From the NCBI RefSeq assembly GCF_048593235.1, contig NC_133618.1:631426889-631490888 (forward strand): DNA of 64,000 nt, given 5' to 3'. Position numbers and translations under genes: made by a program. The notes beneath the pieces were generated by a model. That model did no database searches and was not told the origin of the DNA. It worked only from the letters and a program-made list of their open reading frames with translations. This DNA comes from Sminthopsis crassicaudata (Eukaryota). Numbering within the stretch: the first letter of the stretch is position 1; the number at the start of each line of letters is the position of its first letter. Of this stretch, positions 48,901 to 61,280 are shown one piece after another.

Positions 48901-50779
48901 GTTCAAACTCCAAGGAGAGATAATTTTCAACATATACAGATCCTTTTCTCTTTCTTTCGCTTTTTTAGTTAAGTGCTTTGTAAATGTTAAAGTATTAAAG
49001 AAAAATAAGTTATTGTTAAGTAAGCACATGTTTTTGAGCAAAACTGGGGGAGATACAAAGATAGGTAAAATTGGGCACCTGCCCTCATGAAGCTTCTTTG
49101 ACTTGATTTGGAAATTTTAAATTAAATTTGTTGAATTTCTTAGTAACCCACTAGTAGTTCAGTGTCTATTAAAGAATAAGTCTAAACCACCAATTCTTTG
49201 TGATAGTTATCACTCATATTGAGCCAAGGATGATATGAATATATTAGTCATATTCTTGGTGACTCTAATGCTCAGAGAATTAGAATTTATTGGTAGGATT
49301 GTCTGATCCTGTGGGGTAGACTGGTGATGGAGATGGGACCTGAGCACTGATATAGAGAGAAACAAATTCACCTGGCCTGAGGAAGAGAGAATTGTTCTGG
49401 AGATGGAAGGTCCAATCCAAGTCAAGGACTGCATCTAGGAGAGCAAGCAGAATGTCAGGCCAGGCCAAGTGAGAACGACCTCAACTTGGGAGCCTTGACA
49501 CAAAGCTGGCAGGTCATCAGGACCTCACAGAATCCCAGAAACTTAGAAAAGATTTCAATAAGCACAAAGGAATCCAACTTAAACCTTACTGAGAAGTACT
49601 TGGAGGATGCAGGAGTCACTAGAAAAATGGTCAGCTCTCTCTTAAGCACCTTTTCTCATGGGGGTCATGCTCCTTGTGTGCTCTGCAGAGACACCAAGGT
49701 CAAAAAGTGACTTCTCTATGAACCACAAATGAGTCCAAGCTATGAAGGCAAATCTCTGAGCCTGGCAAACTGTCATCTCCGCAGAGGCACTGCATCGTGG
49801 GCACCAAACCAAGGCCACTCTGGCCTTGGGTGCCTTGGCTGACCGCCCCCACAGATCTCAGCTGGACGTCCCTTTCATGTCCTGCTTATTCCTTCCAGGC
49901 AGCTCCAATCCTAGGTAAGTTGGTTTCCTTCAGGATGGTTGACAAGTAACCTCACAAGTGCTTCTAAACACTTGGAAGAAAAAATCCAGTCCCTTGGGGG
50001 AAGCTATGGCTCATTCTAAACTTCTCCACTGTGAAACTTGCTGAGAAAGGAGGTAAGGCAATGAAAAGTTCATTTTGCCTAATGAGAACTCGGTGACTTC
50101 TCATACAAATAGCTTTTCTTTAGGCTGGCTGTCAAATTTCTGCATCTTGAAATTAGCTAAGTCACTCACAGGATTTGTGAAGGCAAACAAATCCACAAAA
50201 ATTGTTTTCAATTAGAGTTCTACTTGGTAGAAAAATAAATCACATTTTTCTTCACTGTACTAATATTGAGGGTAATTTAGTTTCTGAATGATTACACCTT
50301 AGCTCTTTCATTGGATAAAATGTATTTTTGTTTAATGAACAAAACCTTATCACCCACAGAATGAAAACATAGAAAGCTGGATATCTGTATGACAACTTAA
50401 GAAGTCGCTGCCAACTCATCATTTGACAAATAAAGTGAAAGCCAGACCTTGGAGCCTGTTCTATTACAAAGCAAGTTTGCTTTCAATCTCTGCTACTCTG
50501 GGGTTCCATCTCATAGAATTGGTGCTGTAGTTTACAAAATGGGTGTGACTCTGAGCAATTTGCTTTTGAGGAGAAGAAATGGATAAAGTAAGATTGTTTG
50601 AGCAGGTATTAAGCATCCTCTGAACAGTCAGAAAGCTGAAATCTATTTTTGAAGAACTTTGCCTTGGAGCACAGTGTCTATCTCTTAGTACCAACAGATG
50701 TTTGCAGGGTTGGAAATCAATGATTTTTTTTTTTTTTTTCACTTTGAGGAAATAGTCTGAGTCAAAGTTTCCTTGGATC

Positions 50780-51520
50780 ATTTTTAGAATCACAGACTGT
50801 CAGAATTGGATGGGTCCTTGGAACACACCAAAGCCAAACTCATTTTACACCCTTTCCTGGTCGATTGCAATAGGCTCCCCTTAGGTTCCCCCACCCCCAA
50901 GTCTCCCTCTGCTCCAATCCAGGGCTGGCAAGCTATACAAAGTCCCCCCCCCAACTTCATTGCACCCCAGGGGCTCCTTGTTACTTTTAGGATCAGACAC
51001 CGGATCCCTGGTTTGGCATCTAGAGAGATTCATAACTCTGTCTCTTTCTACTTTTGTAATTCTGAGCGCTGCCCCCTCACTCCACCTTCCAGGCATCTTG
51101 GGCTGTTCCCCCTCTCCCTCCCCTTCACCTCTGTATCTTGCCTTTTCTGGCTTCCTTTAAGAGCCAGGTCAGATTCTACCTTCTGTTTCTCCTGATACTC
51201 CCAGGTGGCCTGTGCCTTGCCCTCCAAGATGACCTTAAATCCACTTTGTATGTGTTTTGTATATGGCTATGGAGGTTCCCGGCTGTCTCTCCCAAGAGGA
51301 TGCAAGTTCCTTGAGCGCAGGGACCACTTCACTTTTGTCTGTGTTTCTCCACTGCCTTGTATAATGTTAGATACAAAACAGGTCCTTAATAAATGATCAG
51401 TCTTTGAGTAGAGGAAGAGCTGAGGCCCAGAGAAGGAAAGGACTTCCCTCAAATGACACGGATCTTTTGGGGAGCAAAGAATAGAATCCTAGTCTTCTGA
51501 CTGCTGGTCTGACAGGTCTT
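50780..51520. mobile_element. MIR/L2 3'-end fragments
   Basis: ttttagaatcacagactgtcagaattggatgggtccttgg (MIR-like) and aagttccttgagcgcagggaccac...tttgtctgtgtttctcca...ttaataaatg (L2 3' end). Confidence 0.55.
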
Positions 51521-54500
51521 TCCCCTTCACCACACTGCTTCCTTCTTCATATCAATTAGTTTGAATTATCCTTTGCTTACGTGGTCATTTCTTTCTTAAA
51601 TCTCTAGTTCTTAACTCATACATAGTGACTAAAGGATAAAACAATTCCTGAAAATCCTGAAGAGTTTGGGCAAAGGGGCCACTGGACTCTTGCAGAGGAA
51701 TCTCCAGTTCTGGCACCCACAACTCTGTACTGGCTGCCCTCTGCTGAGACGTGCCTGGGATGTGCCCCTTACTCTGTACCCAGGATGTTCCCCTCCATCC
51801 CATGCCCAGGATGTGCCTAGGATGTTCCCCTCCCTCCCTTCTCCCTTCTGAAATTCCTGGCTTCCCTCAGAGCTCAGCTCTCCCAGCCAGCCTCCCAGGG
51901 AGCCGATGTGGGTGCCAGGACCTTCTCTTCAGAGCATGTGAACATGCATTTGTTTTGATTGTTTTTGGAGATGGCACTGTATCCCTAGCATCATTTCTGG
52001 CACACAGTAAGTACTTAAAAATTAGTCTTCCCTCAACAAACATGCAGAGACCATCCTGGATTAATTAATTCAGTCGCCACAGCGCAAATTTAGAAGCACT
52101 TTGAGGTTTCCAACAATCCAGAGAGGCAGGTCATACAAAACACTCCCATTTCACAGATTTGGAACAACTAGTTAGCAGTGGAGTCCAACCACAAGTTTGG
52201 ATTTCCTGACCCTTATCTTTCAAGGTAAGAGGATTTAGCAAGTACTAGTTTTGTAAGGAGTAGATAAATAAATATCTAACAGTGCAACCTTTTCTAGAAA
52301 GCAAGTGGTTTCGAGGCTGGCAGCTCCAGAGGGGTGTCCCCTGCCCTTCTGAGCCCTTTTATAGAAGCAATAACCTTCACGAGTGATATGCATATGCAAA
52401 GTCTCTTATTCCCAACATGGGAATGTGCAGACAGGCAAATCATCTGTCATTCCCTTAATTTAATTATCAGACCACATTCAATCATCTAATATAAAATGCA
52501 AATGAAGTGAATGGCTGACAGCATATCCTAATTATGTTCATTATAATAATTAAATAGGACAGAATTTAGAAACAGAAATGAAAGAGCCATAAAACACATG
52601 GAGATTTTTAATTAAATCAACAACATTTTAATTAGAAACTGTAACACTATAGTAAATAGATGATTGGCTTAATCAAAGATAAGGACATTAATTTTATTAC
52701 ACAGGTTTCTCTTCTGTGGCCATGGTTAGTGCCAGGGGACCTGTCCCCTTCAGTTAATAGGCTAAATGGTGGCAGATAAAAAAGGATCAATTTAATGGAC
52801 AATCTTTGATGCACAATAGCTGCATAGTGAAACTACTTTCCTTTACAGCCCTATATCCCAATCCCCAGTTTTATAAAAATAAAAGCACAATCTGCCTTTA
52901 CAAAATGTTGTGTCTGAAAGGGGGCTAATACAAGGTTAAAAGGACTAAAAAAATTTAAGTATTCCTCTTCCCACCCCCAAACAGCTTTGATTTCTTGATA
53001 GTTTGGAAATCTGCTTTCAGTTAAAAAACCCCAAATATTCATTGCAGAGTATGAGTTTCAGATTAGGAGTCAGGAGAACTGAGTTCCTTTCTTAGCTCAG
53101 ACATCTAATTGCATTGTGACTTTGGGTCTCAATTTCTTCACCAGAAAAATGGAATTATTGATTTTGACTTGGATTGACTTGACTTGCTTAACCGGATCAC
53201 TACCAGATGTAAGAACACTAGAATCCAAATCCTAGTCCTACCTTTATGCCATATATGAGCTGGGGCAGGTTCCTTCTTGCTAGCTCGCAAGTCCAGTGAT
53301 TATCTGATCTTGACTTATTTCCAAGGTCAGTGTTTCTTATATCAGGTAGCTTATATTTTTGTCTATTTTTTTCAATCTTTTGATTTTGTTCTGGTATTTC
53401 TTTGTTTCTGATGGAATCATTGATTTATTTGGAGTTTTCAGAATCTGATTTGCCATTCTGTCTTTAAGCTATTTCTCCACTTCTTTCCTTCAGAGCTTTG
53501 TTATTTTTCCAATTCTTTTCTCTAGAACTTTTGTTTCACTTTTTTTTCTTGCTTCCATTCATTTCCCTTCAGCTACAGTGCTCTCTAACATGTCCTTGTT
53601 GCGGATCCTTCTCTCTACCATTTACCCTTCAGAGTGCATGTTGTCTTTCTTCATTAAACTGTAAGTTCCTTAAAGGCAGGGATTTTTTTTTTTTTTTGGC
53701 CTGGCAATACTGTTTATTAGTTGATTAGTACTAATAGGTACCATAGGTACTATCTATGTGGCCCTTGTGAAAGATTCATTTTTGCTTTTGAGTCACTTTT
53801 TGCCATTATTATGGAGTCTATCACGCCTTCCTTTGTAAGATCTTCAGAGTCACAATCATTACACTCAGAGGTGTTTTCTTCTTTGACGCAGTCCTTTCTC
53901 CAGCTCTTGCTCCTGATTACATGGCCACACTCCTGCTCTTCTTTTTGCCTGAGGAAACTATGGAATAAGTGGGAAGTTGGCCCTGCCTGACATCACTCGG
54001 CATTTTCTGGCTTCCTGTGCTGCCCTATCTCTAGGGCTTCTTATGGCATCTCGAGAGAGCGTGTGCTGGCTGGAGATCTGGAGCGTCTCAGGCAAGACAC
54101 TCTCACAGCATACCAGTGGCAGCTTGCTCCCTGGGTAATCCCATATTCCCTCTTGAATCCAGGGCTTTCTGATTTTCCTGGGTTTTTCTAAGGAAAATCT
54201 TGCCATGTCTGAACCCAGAGGCAATTCCTGTCTGCCAAAGCTGGGGGCTGTGGCCTGGACTTCGGGCTGATTGTGCATTCCGATGGTCAAAGAAGTCACC
54301 TACTGTAATTAATCAAGTATTTACTTCAGATTTGTAAGATCTGGGTAGTCCGTTTGCCCATCAAGTATGTGTTTCAGTCCGAAGGCCTGCAGACTATTCT
54401 CTAGGTCATATTAGAGCTAGGAGAGACCTCAGTGAGATATAATAGTATAACCCCCATTCTGCAGATGACCAAGGTCACAAAAGTAAGTAGGGCAGAGGTG

Positions 54501-55164
54501 GGATTTGAAGCAGGCCTTCTGATTCCAAGTCTCTCTAATGCTTTGATGGGTCCCAGACCTGGGGCTTCGCCATTTCTGCTGGGAAGCCAAGCAATAGTAG
54601 TGAGTCCTCTACAATGTGATCTCAATTGGGCCCTCTCTGCAGCAAGGCGATCTTTGAAGTCTCTCCCCAATTGACTGTATCACACTTGAATGTTGCCTTT
54701 TCTTCTCTCGAGCCTCCCATATCACACTTTCCCTTTGCTCTCTCAGCTGCAACCTTGCTTCCTCTTTATGAGAAAAGAGAGACCTTTTTTCCACGATTGC
54801 CTTCTGTTTCCTTACTCTACAAGTCTGAATGCTCTTCCTTTTTTCCAGTCTTTCCTCTGTGTGGCACTTGATCCCACCCCTGCCTGCGTGCCAAAGGGGG
54901 CCTCCAAAGTCATTTCCCACTCTTTTCCCAATTTCTAATCTTTCTCTATCAATAAGCTCATTCCTTTTGGTTGTTGTTGAGTCATTTCAGCCACATTTAA
55001 CTTTCCATAAGCCTGTTTTGAGGTTTTCTTGACAAAGAAGCTCATTCTCTGTTGCCTTCAAAAATACATGCTACCCTCACTCATCCTTAAAAAACTTTCA
55101 CATGGTCCTACCAGACCCTAAAGATATCACTTTTACATGCCACTTCACCACTCAGACTGTCATC

Positions 55165-55990
55165 TTATGACAGGAAAAGATAAATGTTGGAGAGGATGTG
55201 GGAAAATTGGGACACTAATTAATACATTGTTAGTGGAGTTGTGAACTGATCCAACCATTCTGGAACTATGTCCAAAGGACTATCAAACTGTGCATATACC
55301 CTTTGATCCAGCAGTGTCTCTATAGGTCTGTATCCCAAAAGATCATAAAAAATGGAAAAGGACCCACGTGTACAAAAGTGTTTGTGGAAGCCCTTTTTGT
55401 AGTGGCAAGGAATTGGAAACTGAGTGGATGCCCATCAGTAGGGGAATGGCCAAATATGTTATGGTATATGAATGTTATGAATATTATTGTTTTATAAGGA
55501 ATTAGCAGGCTGATTTCAGAAAAGCTTGGAAAGATTTACATGAACTGATGCTGAGTGAAATGAGCAGAACTAAGAGAGTACATAATAATGTACATAATAA
55601 CAGCAAGATAATGTGATAAACAACTGTGATAGACTTAGTTCTCCTCAGCAATGCAGTGATTCAAGACAATTCCAAAAGACTTGGGATGGAAAATTCCATC
55701 TGCACCCAGAGAGAGAACCATGGAGATTGAATGTGGATTGAAGCTCAGTATTTTCATCTCTGTCTTTTTGCTTTTTTTTCTTATAGTTTTTTCCTTTTGG
55801 TCTGATCTTTCTTGTAGAACATGACAAATATGGACATATGTTTAAAAGGTTTGTATATGTTTATCTTATATTAGACTCCTTGCTGTCTTGGGGAGGGAGG
55901 AGGTAAAAGAAGGAGGGAGAAAAATCTTACCAAAAATGAATATTAGAAATTATCTTTACATGTAATTGGAAAAAATAAAATACTAATGAC
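55165..55990 (+). mobile_element. L1 ORF2 end and 3' UTR fragment
   Basis: ORF 55303..55497 (CTKVFVEALFVVARNWKLSGCPSVGEW), followed by a typical 3' UTR and A-rich end. Confidence 0.88.
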
Positions 55991-56019
55991 GAAAAATAAG
56001 ATATCACCTACAGCTCCTT

Positions 56020-56230
56020 TTCTAGACAATTCCTTGAAAAGATGTACAATTTCACAGTATCCATGTCCCCTGCTTTCCCCCACTCCTCAACCTTCTGCTA
56101 TCTGGCTTCAGACCTCGTTGCTCCCCTGACACTGAAGTTGCCCAGTATGAGGGTCCTGACCTAGGAGCTGCACCAGACAGCTACCTCTCTCTCCTCTCAC
56201 TGCTGTCTGCAGAATGGGAGTTTTTGCCCA
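56020..56230 (+). mobile_element. Ancient L2 ORF2 fragment
   Basis: ctcctcaaccttctgctatctggcttcagacc...actgaa resembles the L2/CR1 RT motif LLNPLQSGFRP..STETAL. Confidence 0.5.
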
Positions 56231-56785
56231 TAGAAACGTGCTTCTTTTGGTCTCTGTAGTTGTAAGGCTTGATAATAATGATGAAAAACTCATTACTGTT
56301 GATGACAACAAACAACAATAATAAAAAATGACGATGGTGGGTGAGAGGTGTAACGACAGTGATGGGCGTGGCGGTGGGCTAGCAGAATGAGAGCCGGACT
56401 CCAGGCGGGAAGGCCTGGATTCCAGTCCTGTCTCAGACATGCTACCTTGTCATCAAGCATGCATCATTCACTCTCTCAGTGCCTAAGTCACAGAGGAGAT
56501 GATGATCAGTAGTTTGAGGAAGGAGTTTCTACCCCAGTAAAATCAGAGATCTAGACCAAATAATGAGTAATAATAATGACACTACATTCTGTTACTTTTT
56601 ATTAAGCTATGAAAAAGTAAGCTATTTTATCCACTGCCCAATAATCTATAGATTAAAAATAATATGGTGATGTGTGCTAGATTAATTTTTTAGCTGAGCC
56701 CAATAAAAAGATGAGAACTAGATTATGAATAACAATCATAACCAAAACCCCAGAGAAGGAGGATGTGGAAATTTATAGTTATCTA

Positions 56786-59245
56786 CAGGCATACTTTGGG
56801 AAATATTTCAGATTATGTTTCAGACTGCTACAATTAAAACAAATACCACAATAAAATCAGTCACATGATATTTTTGATTTCCTAGTGCACATAAGTTGTT
56901 TTTTCACTTTATTGTAAACTACATGTAAACTACACCTCAGAATTTCAAAGTGTAAACTCGCTCTAAAGACCTGAAGCAAAGGTGTGAACTCCGAGCCAGA
57001 GAACTGTCCACACAACCTGAATTCTCACCTTGTAATCCTAACATAGTATTACACCTAAAAACACCCAGGAGAGGGAAAGGGAGAGATGGTGAATGGCCAG
57101 TTGCTGAAGGAGTTGGAATATACACGTTTATTAAGCTTGTAGTTTTATAGCAATGAGAAGATAAAATTATTACTCTTTATAAATGACATGATGGTATACA
57201 TAGAAAATCCTAAAGAATCAATCAAAAATTTACTTGAAACAATTAAAAAATTTAGTTAAGTTGTAGGACATAAAATAAACCCACGCAAATCATTACCATT
57301 TTCTCTGTTACTTAGAAAGCCCAGAGGTAGAAAAATTTCATTTAAAATAACTGTAGACAAAATAAAATATTTGGATGTCTACCTGCCAAGGCAAACCCAG
57401 GAACTATATGAACACAATTATAAAATACGTTTCACACAAAGTCAGATTAAATAATTAGAAAAATATCAATTGTTCATGAGCAGGCTGAGCTAATTTATGG
57501 TAATTCTACTTAAATTAGTCTACTTATTCAGTGTGCCATACCAATCAAGTTGCCAAAGAATTAGTTTGCAGAGTTAGAAAAAAATAATAACAAAATTCAT
57601 CTGAGAAAAGAAAAGGTCAAGAATAACGAGAGAATTAATGAAAAAAAATGCAAAGTATAGTAGCCTAGTAATACCAGACCTAAAATTCCATTATAATTAT
57701 TATAAAGCAGCAGAAAACTGGGAACAATATTTTAGAAACTCAGCATAGACTTACATCTCATACCCCATACCAAGTAAGGTTAAAATGGGAATGTGACTTA
57801 GGCATAAAGGATGATACTATAAACAAATTAGGAGAGCGAGGGGATAATTTACCTATCAGATCTTTGAAAAAGGGAGGAATTTATGACTATAGAAAAACCA
57901 AAGAACATTATGAAATGCAAAATGGATAATTTTGATTACATCAAATTAAAGTTTTTGCACAAACAAAACCAAGGGAGAATAAAGATTCAAGATTAGAATG
58001 GAAGCAGAAACTTTGGAAATAATTTTTATAGCCAGTATTTCTGATAAAGGCCTCATTTCTAAAATACAAAGAATGTAGTCAGATTTATAAGAATACAAAT
58101 TATTCCTCAATTGATAAATGGTCAACGGATATGAACAATTCTAAGATGAAGACATTAAAGGCATCTAAAGTCCTATGAAAAAAATTGATTAGAGAAATGC
58201 AAATTAAAGCAACTCTGAGGTACTACCTCACACCTATCAGATTGGTTATGATAACAGGAAAATATAATGATAAATGTTGGAGGAGATGTGGAAAAACTGG
58301 GACACTAATGCATTGCTGGTGAAGTTGTGAACTGATTGAACCATTCTGGAGAACAATTTGGAATTATGCTCACAAGGCTATGAAACTGTGATGCCTTTTG
58401 ATCCAGAAATGCTACTATTCAGTTTGTTTCCCAAGGAAATTATAAAACAGGGGAAAGGAACCACATGTGTAAAAATGTTTGTATCAACTCTTTTTGTGAT
58501 GGCAAAGAATTGGAAATTCTTTGTCCACTACGGAATCCACTGAGAAATGGCTGAACAAGTTAGATTATATGAAAGTAGTGGAATATTATTGTTCTATAAA
58601 AATATTGAACAGGTTATTTTAGAAAGGCTTGGAAAGATTTACATGAACTGATGCTGAGTGAAACAAGCAGAACCAGGGAAAATATCATATACAGTAAAAT
58701 CAAGATAGTGCAATGATCAACTATATAAATTTGGTTCTTCTCAACAGTTCTGTCATCCAAGGCAATCACAATAAATTTTGGATGGAAAATGCCACTCGCA
58801 TCTAGAAAGAGAACTAGGGACACTGAATGTAAATCAACACATTCTAGATTCACTTTTTTTCCTTCATTTTTTTTTCTTGTGGTTTTTCCCTTCAGTTCTG
58901 ATTTTTCTTTCCCAACAAGATTCATATGGAAATATATGAAAAAGAAAGAATATACATGCATAACTCCAAAAATGTTATTTTGCATGTAACTAGGGAAAAT
59001 AGAAAGAAAAAAAGCTTGTCATCCTATATAGGTATAATTCTTGGCATCTCAAAACAATTACAATAATAACATCATAGCTCACTGATTACCATAACAGATA
59101 CGAACGGGTATAAAAATAACGAAAAAAGTTTGAAATACTGTAGAATTTTTAAAAGACAACACAATGTGAGTATGTGCTGTTGGGAAAATGGCACCAATAG
59201 CCTTGTTTGATGCAGGATTGCCACAAACTCTCAATTTGTTTAAAA
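56786..59245 (-). mobile_element. Tigger1-like (TcMar) DNA transposon remnant split by an L1 insertion
   Basis: TA + CAGGCATAC terminus at 56784-56794. The blocks 56786-56925, 57060-57140 and 59012-59245 match the reverse complement of Tigger1 ends as I recall them. The other TIR is not found. Confidence 0.72.
57141..59011 (+). mobile_element. 5'-truncated L1 (RT end to 3' UTR) inside the Tigger1-like element, 8-bp TSD AAGCTTGT
   Basis: AAGCTTGT at 57133-57140 and 59012-59019. It starts in RT (aaattattactcttt...gatgacatgatggtatacatagaaaatcc = KLSLFADDMxxYxENP-like) and ends in an A-rich tail. Confidence 0.88.
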
Positions 59246-61130
59246 TTTTGAATCAAATGAGAAACAGAAAAATTGTGCACTTTTGGTATAAAGAATGACA
59301 GAAGAGTTAGTCAAAGGAGGTAATATAGATTCTATTTTCACTCCATACATGGTGATTTGAACACATCATAGCAGCACACAAATTAGTAGCAAAACACTTT
59401 ACTAGTTTTAATTTCCTCTAAGATTCAAGATTGATAGCACCTGTCTTAACAGAAGGTACCAAATGTCTATTAACTAAAATGAGAGCATCAGTGGTCCCTT
59501 CAAAGAGAGAATAATTATGTGTTTTTGTACTTTACACAACATATTCATAGATTCTACCATTAAAAACAATTCTAAAAGCATCTACAAAGGCAAAAATTCA
59601 TTGGATGAGAAGCAAAAAAAGAGCATGTCAGAAAGTCTCAGTGAGGAGATAAGCACTTGCTATTGATTTGGCAATTACTGAACAAGTTGTCTAAAAGTGC
59701 TGTGACATTTAGAGTGTCTCTATGGATCATCACAGTACACATGACCTAGTTCACGGATATTAGAATGGCAGAATACCCGACGGCCACAAAGAAAGCACCC
59801 CAGCAGCACAACGCTATCAGGACAACTCATGTAAAACAGGGTAGTTTTAGGGGAGACAGCGTGGGTCTCCTCTGGTCTGGCTTCTTCTCTTAAGCCTGTT
59901 CATCTGGCTATGGACTGTGTCCAAGTTGGGGAGTTCGCAGTGCACTTGCCCACCTTCCCTGCCTCCTCTCTAGGTTTTTGTGACACGGGCTCTCCACCTT
60001 CATCCACCCCCGTTCACTCACTGTGAGTGTCCTGGATCCCTAGCCCTTGCTCCTATAAGCTACCTCACCAGCCTCTGGGGACCCGAGGTCATCTCCAGGC
60101 AAAGAGTTCCCAGGCCCTCTTCTCCAGCCCTGACCCTGGGCTCCGTTCCTATATCACCACTGCCTTTAGGGCGTCCTGAGGATAGCTCAAAGGCTTCCTT
60201 TGTTCACTGTGTCTTTCCCCCCATCCTCTTTTCTTCCCCACAGACCGACTATCACTTTCCCAGAAGCATGGCTCACATCCTCGCCATGCCCCTTCCCTGC
60301 TGCCCCATGGCTAATCCTTTGGCTAGCCTTCATTTTTAGTTTCACCACATCTGTTTTTCTCTGTTCACCCCTGGTCTGCCGGGGTGGCCTCCCGATGGTC
60401 TCCCCTCCCCCAACTGTAGAGGTGGTTGTCCACACACTCCTGTGGGGGCTCATCACCTTTAAGGCCCAACAGAGAAGCCTTCCCAGCCCAGCCTCCTTCA
60501 GCCCTTCCCTTCTCTCCCATACTGTGACTCCATGCCCCAGACCTTACCCGATGCTCTATTGCCACACTCTGCGTCGCCTCTCCCTCCTCCTCCTTCCCGG
60601 CTCCTCTCAAGACTGCAGTTCTGACCTCTGAAAGGGGCCTTCCATCGTCCCTCCCTCTGCCAGCCTCTTCTCCCTGAGATGACCTTCCGTTTTTACTAAG
60701 TATGCACAGATACACAGACTGTGTCCATACAAAGAATATGTTGCCTCCTGCATGAGAACGTGAGATTCTTGGGGGCAAGGATCCCATCTTTGCATTTCTT
60801 TGTTTCCTCATCATTTACCTAGCACCTGGCACAAAGAAAGTGCTTAACGAAACAAATAAAAAAGTGCTTGCTGACTGGCTGATGTATGTGGATGAGCAGG
60901 AGGACCGGTATTTCATCTGCACAAGGATGATGGCTTCACTATGGGCAGTCTCTTCTCGCTCTATCCAAGCTCCCCTTATCACCAGAGAAAGGTCCCATCA
61001 TGACTTGAAGGAAACCTTCGAGATCACTTAGTTCAAGGCTCTCCTTTTACAGACAAGGAAGCGGAGGTGCACAAAGGGACAGGCTGCCCCAGGGAGGAGT
61101 CAGAAAGATGCACCGGTCCCTGAATCTTAC

Positions 61131-61280
61131 CTGGTTGTCTGGATGGTTTACAGTAAAGTAGCCCACACAGATGATGACTTCGTGGAGCAGGACTTCGCAG
61201 GAGTGGTGGGCGCAGTGCCATAGCAGAGAGCTGAGAATGTGCCGGAATGCCAGGGACAGCCCTTCTGCACCTACAATGGA
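61131..61280 (-). CDS. SCAPER: SCAPER coding exon, 150 nt (SIVGAEGLSLAFRHILSSLLWHCAHHSCEVLLHEVIICVGYFTVNHPDNQ)
   Basis: ORF 61047..61304. Acceptor ttttgccctctgtcag| and donor CAG|GTAAGA. It joins in frame to VIVQSGRHP, giving ...NHPDNQ|VIVQSGR as in SCAPER. Confidence 0.94.

Noticed and set aside
49210-49710. Cluster of short ORFs that could be a processed pseudogene or LTR
   Set aside because: No recognisable protein similarity, poly(A) tail or TSD.
51760-51840. Degenerate GGATGT(T/G)CC short repeats
   Set aside because: Four short, irregular, imperfect units in L2-like sequence. Not a spaced array.
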